From positions 128,001 through 192,000 of the forward strand of contig CAWAMW010000006.1 of assembly GCA_963783305.1 (NCBI GenBank): a stretch of 64,000 bases of DNA, given 5' to 3'. The notes beneath the pieces were generated by a model. It worked only from the letters and a program-made list of their open reading frames with translations, ran no database searches and had not been told where the DNA came from. The DNA is from an uncultured Gemmatimonadales bacterium (GTDB taxonomy: Bacteria; Gemmatimonadota; Gemmatimonadetes; Longimicrobiales; RSA9). The position numbers were made by a program, and so were the translations under genes. Of the stretch, positions 57,650 through 64,000 are shown one piece after another (positions within the stretch are counted from its first letter, which is position 1; each line of letters opens with the position of its first letter).

Positions 57650-58086
57650 TTCCCGCGCTTCCGCGTGGTTCGTGAACCTCTACGGCGATCCCGGTCAGAA
57701 TCTCCTTGCCCTTCGCTCGCCCCCCTGAGAGCCGGCTCGAATCCACCAATGTACGTTTCGTCGACCTCTACTGTTCCGCACAGCAGCTCTCGACTCGGCC
57801 GCACAAGAACTGAACGGAAGCGGTTGAGCATGGCTCAGGCCGTTTGGTACGACCCAATCGCCGGTGGCGAAATGCCAAGCCGCAGCGAACCAGACCGTCA
57901 ACTGAGTTCGAGTTCGGTCGAAGATGGTGCCTGCCGTGACGGACCTTCGGAAGTCGCATGCGCGGCACCGCCGGCCCTCACCGAGTTGCCAGCGCGCGCA
58001 GGTCGCCTATCGACCGGGGATAGTGAATCCCTTCGCGGGGTGGAGCATGCCTTACCGCACGCATGGTCCTGTTAAATGGATACCCC
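57650..58086 (-). mobile_element. Degraded IS1595-family transposase fragment
   Basis: Across frames: CRACDFRRSVTAGTIFDRTR..LTVWF, GSYQTA*AML, VEVDETYIGG and RAKGK..GIAVE. Candidate end GGGTATCCATTTAAC at 58085-58071. Confidence 0.88.
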
Positions 58087-58095
58087 GATTTCCGG

Positions 58096-58698
58096 TTACG
58101 GAGACGGCACCGCGACGGGGTCGAAGGACTCGCCCGGGTCTGGCGGCCGGAACTCGAAGAAATCGAAGTACCGCTCCTTCTTCTCCCGCTGTTCCTCGAG
58201 CCAGGCGGTGAAGCCGGAGTCCACCAGGCCGCTGGACTGGTCGAGCTCGCGGGCGGCACGGGTGGCGAGGCTGTCGGCGTACTCGTTCTGGGCGTGGCCG
58301 GCGTGGCCGCGGACCCAGCGCCAGTCGACCTCGTGGCGCGCGGCCACGCGGAGCAGCTGCTGCCACAGCTCCGCGTTCTCGACGGGTCCTGCCCTGCGCT
58401 GCCAGCTTCGCCGGACCCAGCCGTGGATCCACTCGCGCATCCCCTTCACCAGGTACTGTGAGTCCGATGTGAAGACGACGCGACACGGCTGCCTGAGCGC
58501 TCGCAGCCCCTCTGTCGCGCTCCGGATCGCCATGCGGTTGTTCGTGGTGCCGGGCTCGCTGATCCAGTAGTCGCGCCGGACCCACGCCTCGTCCTTCCAG
58601 TATTCGACGAGACCCGCGGCGCCGCCGGGGGAATCTTTGTCCTTGAACTGCACGCCGAGGCACGACTCGTCGGCGTAGATATGGATCATGGGCTTCAT
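58096..58698 (-). CDS. rnhA: Ribonuclease HI
   Basis: YADESC, TTNNRM, TSDSQYL, WVRGHAG and NEYADSLA motifs. Confidence 0.9.
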   Translation of the reverse strand: MKPMIHIYADESCLGVQFKDKDSPGGAAGLVEYWKDEAWVRRDYWISEPGTTNNRMAIRSATEGLRALRQPCRVVFTSDSQYLVKGMREWIHGWVRRSWQRRAGPVENAELWQQLLRVAARHEVDWRWVRGHAGHAQNEYADSLATRAARELDQSSGLVDSGFTAWLEEQREKKERYFDFFEFRPPDPGESFDPVAVPSP

Positions 58699-58763
58699 GG
58701 GGCCGGAAGGTAGGGGCGGCGGGCGGGAGCCGCCACCTCCCTGGGGGGCCGGGCGAGTGTGAC

Positions 58764-58792
58764 TGGACCGCCGTGGGCCGAGGCACTATCAT
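58764..58792 (+). promoter_or_regulatory. Putative carA promoter (leaderless type)
   Basis: TGGACC-N17-TATCAT, 8 nt before ATG 58801. Confidence 0.5.
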
Positions 58793-59930
58793 CGCCCCCC
58801 ATGTCCCCATCAGAGAGTCCCCCGGTTACCTGCTGCTCGAGGACGGTCGAACCTTCGACGGCACCATGGTGGGCGCCGACGGGATCGGCGTCGGCGAGGT
58901 GGTGTTCAACACGTCGATGACGGGATATCAGGAGATCCTGACGGACCCGTCCTACGCGGGCCAGATCGTCACCATGACGGCCACTCAGATCGGCAATTAC
59001 GGCGTGACGCCGGACGACGAGGAGTCGTCGCGGGCGCAGGTGGCGGGGTTCGTGATGCGGGAGATCTCGCCGGTGACCACCGGCTGGCGCGCGACGGAGT
59101 CGCTGCGGTCGTACCTGATCCGGAGCGGTGTGGTGGCCCTCTCGGAGGTGGACACGCGTGCGCTGACTCGCCACATCCGCTCGGCGGGCGCCATGCGGGC
59201 GGCCATGGGTGCGCGGACGGTGCCGGAGGAGGAGCTGCGTGAGCGTCTGGAGTCGCAGCCGTCGATGGCGGGCCTCGACCTGACGGGACGGGTGTCCACC
59301 GAAGAGGCATACGAAACTGCGGCGGTGGGGGAGGAGCGGTTCCGGGTCGTGGCGTACGATTTCGGCATCAAAAGCCACTCTCCGCGTCTACTGGCGGAGC
59401 GCGGCTGTCGGGTGCGGACGGTGCCGCGCGGAACCCGGGCGGAGGAGGTGCTGGACTCGGGGCTGGACGGGCTCTTCATCTCGAACGGCCCCGGCGACCC
59501 GGAAGCCGTGGCTCACGCGCTGGAAACGATCCGGGGCGCGGCCGAGCGCGGGATTCCGGTGTTCGGCATCTGCCTGGGCCACCAGCTCGTGGCGCGGGCG
59601 TTCGGCGGCAGGACCTACAAGCTGCTCTACGGCCATCGGGGCGGGAACCACCCGGTGCGACGGATGCGGGATGGCGCGGTGGAGATCACGGCGCAGAACC
59701 ACGGCTTTGCCGTGCGTGGGAGCGAGGGCGGCGATGGTATCGAGGGAGCGCCCTCGCTGCGACAGACGCACGTCAACCTGAACGACCGCACCGTGGAGGG
59801 GCTGGAGCACCGGGAGCTGCCGATCTTCAGCGTCCAGTACCATCCGGAGGCGGCCCCGGGGCCGCACGACTCGCGATACCTCTTCGACCGTTTCGTGGCA
59901 GATATGGCGCAAGTGCGAGGCGATACTTGA
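58773..59930 (+). CDS. carA: Carbamoyl-phosphate synthase small subunit (5' end uncertain)
   Basis: LEDG, GEVVFNTSMTGYQE, SNGPGDP, GICLGHQ and QYHPEA motifs. Confidence 0.95.
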   Translation: MGRGTIIAPHVPIRESPGYLLLEDGRTFDGTMVGADGIGVGEVVFNTSMTGYQEILTDPSYAGQIVTMTATQIGNYGVTPDDEESSRAQVAGFVMREISPVTTGWRATESLRSYLIRSGVVALSEVDTRALTRHIRSAGAMRAAMGARTVPEEELRERLESQPSMAGLDLTGRVSTEEAYETAAVGEERFRVVAYDFGIKSHSPRLLAERGCRVRTVPRGTRAEEVLDSGLDGLFISNGPGDPEAVAHALETIRGAAERGIPVFGICLGHQLVARAFGGRTYKLLYGHRGGNHPVRRMRDGAVEITAQNHGFAVRGSEGGDGIEGAPSLRQTHVNLNDRTVEGLEHRELPIFSVQYHPEAAPGPHDSRYLFDRFVADMAQVRGDT

Positions 59931-60005
59931 CTTGCGTGACTTTGGGGTGGTAAGGTAACCGACGCAGTCGACGTCACCTAACTACAGACCCCACGGGGAT
60001 TTGCC

Positions 60006-60917
60006 GTGTCTCGGCGCTCTCTCATCACCACGGCGGTCATCGCCGTGGTCTCCCTGATGACCCTCGCGGGCATCGTTCTGTCCATCCTGGTGGCGGGGGG
60101 CGGAGGCGTGGGGCTGGGCCTCGGAAGCCGGATCGCGGTGCTCGAGGTCGAGGGCGTAATCACCGATGATGGCGAGTTCCTGGAGCGCGTGCGCAGCTTC
60201 CGGCACGATCCGTCGATCAAGGGTTGGGTGGTCGCCATCAACTCGCCCGGGGGCGTGGTAGCGCCGTCGCAGAGCATGTACAACACGCTCCGTCGGATCC
60301 GCGCCGAGGACGGCGAGCCGGTCGTCGCGGTGATTGGGGCGGTGGGAGCGTCTGGCGGCTATTACGTCGCGCTCGGGGCCGACTCGATTCTGGCGATGCC
60401 CGGCAGCATCACGGGTTCCATCGGCGTCATCATGGAGTACCCCAACGTGCGGGAGCTCCTGGACAAGGTGGGCGTCGAGATGGAAGTGGTGAAGTCCGGG
60501 GCGCAGAAGGACCTCGGATCGCCGTTCCGCGACATGAGCCCGTCCGAGCGGGCGCTCCTGTCGGAGATGGTGGAGGACGTACACGCGCAGTTCGTGGAGG
60601 TGGTCGCGGATGCCCGCGGAATGCCGGCGGAGGAGGTTCTACCGCTGGCGGATGGCCGGATCTTCTCCGGCCGGCAGGCGCTGGCCGCGGGGTTGGTCGA
60701 CCGTATGGGGAACGTGGAGGAGGGGATCGCGTTGGCCGGCCGCATGGCGGGGCTCGGCTCGGATCCGCGGACGGCCCGTCCAAGAGCGGAAGAGGTGCCG
60801 TGGCTCCTGGACGCTCTGTTCGGCCAGTCCACAGTGCTGATGGCCCGGCGGCTCGCCCGCACCGTAGCGGCACCGGTGGTCGGAGCGGGACCTGTATTGA
60901 AATACATCGTTCGATAG
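60006..60917 (+). CDS. sppA: Signal peptide peptidase SppA (36K type)
   Basis: INSPGG, ASGGYY, TGSIGV and DGRIFSG motifs. Confidence 0.93.
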   Translation: MSRRSLITTAVIAVVSLMTLAGIVLSILVAGGGGVGLGLGSRIAVLEVEGVITDDGEFLERVRSFRHDPSIKGWVVAINSPGGVVAPSQSMYNTLRRIRAEDGEPVVAVIGAVGASGGYYVALGADSILAMPGSITGSIGVIMEYPNVRELLDKVGVEMEVVKSGAQKDLGSPFRDMSPSERALLSEMVEDVHAQFVEVVADARGMPAEEVLPLADGRIFSGRQALAAGLVDRMGNVEEGIALAGRMAGLGSDPRTARPRAEEVPWLLDALFGQSTVLMARRLARTVAAPVVGAGPVLKYIVR

Positions 60918-60970
60918 GACCAGACGGGGAGCGATGGGGCTCCCATGGACCCTGAAGGGATGGAGACGAC

Positions 60971-61276
60971 ATGACGAAGGCGGATCTGGTAGAACAGGTG
61001 GCGGATGCGATCGGTCCCGGCATCACGAAGAAGGACTGCGCCCTCGTGGTGGACGGGCTGATCAACGCCGTCAAGGCGGCGCTGTCCGATGGGGACAACA
61101 TCGAGATCCGTGGCTTCGGCACGTTCAAGGTGCGGGAGCGGAAGGCGCGGGTAGCGAGGAACCCGCGGACGGGTGAGCGGGTGGAGGTCCCCTCACGCGT
61201 GGTGCCCGTGTTCAAGCCTTCGAAGGACCTCCGCGAGCAGGTGATGGAGAGCGACGAAGCGGTCGCCGCGGGCTGA
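60971..61276 (+). CDS. HU/IHF-family DNA-binding protein
   Basis: MTKADLV, IRGFGTF, RNPRTG and PVFKPS motifs. Confidence 0.95.
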   Translation: MTKADLVEQVADAIGPGITKKDCALVVDGLINAVKAALSDGDNIEIRGFGTFKVRERKARVARNPRTGERVEVPSRVVPVFKPSKDLREQVMESDEAVAAG

Positions 61277-61393
61277 CCGCCGCGCTCTCCGCCGGCTAGA
61301 CCGAAAGAGCGAGGGCGCGCCGCGTCGCTCGAGAGGGGCTCCGCCCGGCACTCGCCGGACGGGGTCCCTTCTCGTTCATGCGGCCTCGTCGAT

Positions 61394-61421
61394 TAACGAA
61401 ACGGAGCCGGCAGCCGTCCAA
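61394..61421 (+). promoter_or_regulatory. Possible ECF-type autoregulatory promoter
   Basis: TAAC-N17-CGTCCAA upstream of the ECF sigma gene. Confidence 0.35.
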
Positions 61422-61445
61422 TCGGAAGTGAGGAGTCGATCGGCA

Positions 61446-61988
61446 GTGGCCACGAAAGTGGACGAGGATCGCGCTCTCGTGGAACGGGCGCTCGAAGGGG
61501 ATCGGAGGGCGGCCGATGCGCTCGTCTCCCGACACCATCGGTCGGTGTACGCCGTCGCGCTGCGGGTGTTGGGCGACAGTGATGCCGCGGCGGACGCGGC
61601 GCAGGAGGCGTTCGTGAAGGCATTCGGGGCGCTCGACCGCTTCCGCGGCGAGGCCCGGTTCCGGACCTGGCTGCTGCGGATCGCCGCCAACACCGCCACC
61701 AGCCATGCGCGGCAGGGCACCCGCCGACGCGAGGTGCCGCTGGACGCCCCGGCCGAGTGGCTCGAGAGCCCGGAGCGGCCAGACGAGGACGCGATGGTGA
61801 GGACGGAGACCGAGCGAGTGGACGCGGCGCTGGCGCGGCTGCCTGAGAAACAGCGACTCGCGGTGACGCTCCGCCTGCACGAGGACATGAGCCACCGCGA
61901 AATCGCGGAGGTCCTCGACTCGTCGGAAGGGGCGGTGCGGGTGAACTACCACCTGGGGATCAAGCGCTTGAGGGAGTGGCTGACATGA
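61446..61988 (+). CDS. ECF RNA polymerase sigma factor
   Basis: DAAQEAF, FRTWLLRIAAN and region-4 LPEKQR..SHREIAEVL. Confidence 0.93.
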   Translation: MATKVDEDRALVERALEGDRRAADALVSRHHRSVYAVALRVLGDSDAAADAAQEAFVKAFGALDRFRGEARFRTWLLRIAANTATSHARQGTRRREVPLDAPAEWLESPERPDEDAMVRTETERVDAALARLPEKQRLAVTLRLHEDMSHREIAEVLDSSEGAVRVNYHLGIKRLREWLT

Positions 61989-62530
61989 ACACGGGCTGCG
62001 AGTTCTTCGAAGACGCCCTGGTCGAGCACGCTGCCGGTGGCCTGACGGGCGAGCGGGCGCGGGCGGTCGCCGAGCACCTGGACGCGTGCGCCGATTGCCG
62101 GGGGCTCCTGGGCACGATGCAGGCCGTGCGTCGTGCGGAGGTCCCCGTCCCCGGGGACCTGGAGGCGCGGATCCAGGCGGCCGTACACGAGGCCGTGGAC
62201 GCCGCCGCGCGGCTCCCGCGCGAGGAGGGCTCTCGCCCAGTCCGGACGATTGACCCGCGGCGCGTCCGTTCGCCACGCCCGTCCATGCGTACCCGGTGGC
62301 TCCTGCCGCTGGCCGCGGCCGCGGCCCTGGCGCTGGTCTGGGTTGGGATCGGGGAGTACCGGGAGGGTGCGCGCGCCGGTAGCGGCGGAAGCACGGCCCC
62401 GAGCGTGGCGGTGGAGGAGTACGCGCCATACGGAGCATGGCCGGCGTCGGACATGGTGGCTGGGGACCCGCTGCTGAGCGAGCTGTCGACCGAGGATCTG
62501 GAGCGGCTGCTGGAGGAGATGGAGTCATGA
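61985..62530 (+). CDS. Zinc-binding (ZAS) membrane anti-sigma factor
   Basis: HLDACADC motif, single TM, overlaps the sigma stop. Confidence 0.85.
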   Translation: MNTGCEFFEDALVEHAAGGLTGERARAVAEHLDACADCRGLLGTMQAVRRAEVPVPGDLEARIQAAVHEAVDAAARLPREEGSRPVRTIDPRRVRSPRPSMRTRWLLPLAAAAALALVWVGIGEYREGARAGSGGSTAPSVAVEEYAPYGAWPASDMVAGDPLLSELSTEDLERLLEEMES

Positions 62531-63066
62531 GAGCGCTGATCACGATGGTCGTGGGGCTGGTGCTGCTCGCGGCACCGCTGGTGGGGCAGGGAGGGCAAGG
62601 CCGGCCTGCGGAGGGCATGCAGCGGCGCGAGCAGCTGGAGCGGCAGGTACGGCAGCGGTTCATGGAGCAGGTGGCCGAGCGTCTGCAGCTCTCCGCCACA
62701 CAGCGGCAAGCAATGGCGCAGGTCCTGGAAGAGGGTGTGGACGCCCGGCGAGAGCTGGCGGTGGAGAGCAGGTCCGTGCGCCGGTCTCTGATGGAAGCGG
62801 TGCGTGACCCGAACGCGCCCATGCAGCGGTACGAGTCGCTGCTGACCCGGCTGAACGAAGTGCGGGAGGGGGAGCGCGCGCTCGAGCGGCGCGAGGAGGC
62901 ACGCCTCGCCCGCGTCCTCGACCCGCGGCAGCGCGCTCTCTTCCTGGTGATGAGGATGGAGTTCAACCAGCGGGTCCGTGGGATGGGCGGCCCCGGCCGA
63001 AGAGGGGCCGGGCCCCCTGGTGGACCCGGTGGACCCGGTGGGCCCGGTGGACCCGGGGGTCGCTGA
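62527..63066 (+). CDS. Periplasmic Spy/CpxP-like protein
   Basis: Signal peptide, LQLSATQ and VLDPRQ (LTxxQ-like) motifs, GPG-repeat tail. Confidence 0.75.
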   Translation: MRALITMVVGLVLLAAPLVGQGGQGRPAEGMQRREQLERQVRQRFMEQVAERLQLSATQRQAMAQVLEEGVDARRELAVESRSVRRSLMEAVRDPNAPMQRYESLLTRLNEVREGERALERREEARLARVLDPRQRALFLVMRMEFNQRVRGMGGPGRRGAGPPGGPGGPGGPGGPGGR

Positions 63067-63112
63067 GGTCGCTGAGGTTGAACCCGTGGGCCGACCGCGG
63101 GTATCTTGAGCC

Positions 63113-63355
63113 ATGCGCATCCGCACGCTCCTCTTCGCCACGTACCGCGACCTCGCCGGCACGGACACCTTCAATGTGGAGCTGCCGGACGGCTCCACGG
63201 CGGGGGACCTCGTCGCGCGACTGCGGACCAAACAGGGCCTCGATCGCATCCCTTCCGAGCCCGCGCTGGCCGTCAACCAGGTCTACGCACCGCTCTCGAC
63301 CGGCCTCGCCGATGGCGATGAGGTCGCGCTGCTTCCGCCCGTGGCCGGCGGATGA
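63113..63355 (+). CDS. moaD: Molybdopterin synthase sulfur carrier
   Basis: LFATYRD, AVNQ and C-terminal PPVAGG. Confidence 0.94.
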   Translation: MRIRTLLFATYRDLAGTDTFNVELPDGSTAGDLVARLRTKQGLDRIPSEPALAVNQVYAPLSTGLADGDEVALLPPVAGG

Positions 63356-63789
63356 GCGAACGCGCCTGGATCACCCGGGATGCCATCGATCCCGGCTCCG
63401 TTCTCGACCGTGTCGGCTCGGCCAGGGATGGCGCCGCGCTCCTTTTCGTGGGCGTGGTGCGGGACCACAACGACGGCTCGAGCGTAACGGGCCTCACCTA
63501 CGAGGCGTATGACGAAATGGCGTCGCGGGTGCTGGACGAGATCGCCGGCGAGGCGGCGGAGCGGTTGGGGACGCCGAGGATCGCGGTCGTCCACCGGGTG
63601 GGCGAGCTGGAGGTGGGGGAGGTGAGCGTGGCGATCGCGGCTTCGAGTCCGCACAGGGCGGAGTCGTTCGACGCGACCCGCTACGTCATCGAGGAGATCA
63701 AGAAGCGCCTGCCGGTGTGGAAGAAGGAGCACTACGAGGAGGGGGACGCGGCGTGGCTCGCGGGCGTGACCCCATCGGTGGACCGGTGA
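63352..63789 (+). CDS. moaE: Molybdopterin synthase catalytic subunit
   Basis: FVGVVRD, YEAY, HRVG, SPHR and PVWKKE motifs. Confidence 0.95.
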   Translation: MSERAWITRDAIDPGSVLDRVGSARDGAALLFVGVVRDHNDGSSVTGLTYEAYDEMASRVLDEIAGEAAERLGTPRIAVVHRVGELEVGEVSVAIAASSPHRAESFDATRYVIEEIKKRLPVWKKEHYEEGDAAWLAGVTPSVDR

Positions 63790-64000
63790 TGCGCGACCCG
63801 CTCGGACGCCGCATCGAGTACCTGCGGATCTCCGTCACCGACAAGTGCAATCTGCGCTGCGTGTACTGCATGCCGCTGCACGGTATGCCCTGGCTTCGAC
63901 GGGAGCAGCTGCTGAGCTACGAGGAGATCCGCGATATCGTGGCCACCATGGCCGCGATGGGACTCCGGCGGGTGCGAATCACGGGTGGCGAGCCCCTCGT
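63789..64000 (+). CDS. moaA: GTP 3',8-cyclase, truncated at window end
   Basis: MRDPLGRRIEYLRISVTDKCNLRCVYCMP...RITGGEP (radical SAM CxxxCxxC). Confidence 0.95.
   Translation, partial: MRDPLGRRIEYLRISVTDKCNLRCVYCMPLHGMPWLRREQLLSYEEIRDIVATMAAMGLRRVRITGGEPL

Noticed and set aside
63005..63080. GPG coding repeat as collagen-like domain, and GGTCGCTGA duplication at the stop
   Set aside because: Too short for a triple helix; a low-complexity tail and a trivial local duplication

Overview
GC-rich (about 70% by eye) bacterial chromosome window made mostly of core genes. Gene content and order suggest Gemmatimonadota, but this is inference only. From left to right it holds: a 5'-truncated Na+/solute symporter, a secreted GH18 hydrolase, an acyl-CoA dehydrogenase with RNase G, rplU-rpmA, and a minus-strand CoA-dependent catabolic operon (BoxC-like single-domain crotonase, ALDH, PaaJ/PcaF thiolase, PaaG-, PaaH- and PaaF-like genes). 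These are followed by a lipoprotein-nfeD-floA operon, tRNA-Leu(CAA) with a small accessory stretch (barrel-protein remnant, SET protein, 5-PAS hybrid kinase), an atypical MurB with trkAH, an MltD-like gene, gltA-icd-pepA, yicC-gmk-rpoZ-coaBC-udg-dnaB-radA-ispD-ywlE-like-aroE-comF, gap-(Zn-finger)-pgk-tpiA-secG, 2-oxoacid dehydrogenase E1a/E1b/E2-lipB and an RND pump. The end of the window has a lower-GC islet (HExxH protein, lipoprotein, IS1595 relic), rnhA, carA, sppA, HU/IHF, an ECF sigma triad and moaDEA. The best leads are: (1) a paa/box hybrid pathway lacking PaaZ that may use a half-size BoxC-like ring hydrolase; (2) a MurB paralogue with a rewritten active site in a putative sigma54 operon; (3) recurring intergenic 6-7 nt repeat arrays with complementary arms, one built from SD and anti-SD words; (4) a secreted zincin-lipoprotein pair; (5) an apparent frameshift at the start of carA. 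No CRISPR, rRNA, prophage or intact mobile element was seen. All calls are from motif recognition by eye; no searches were run.
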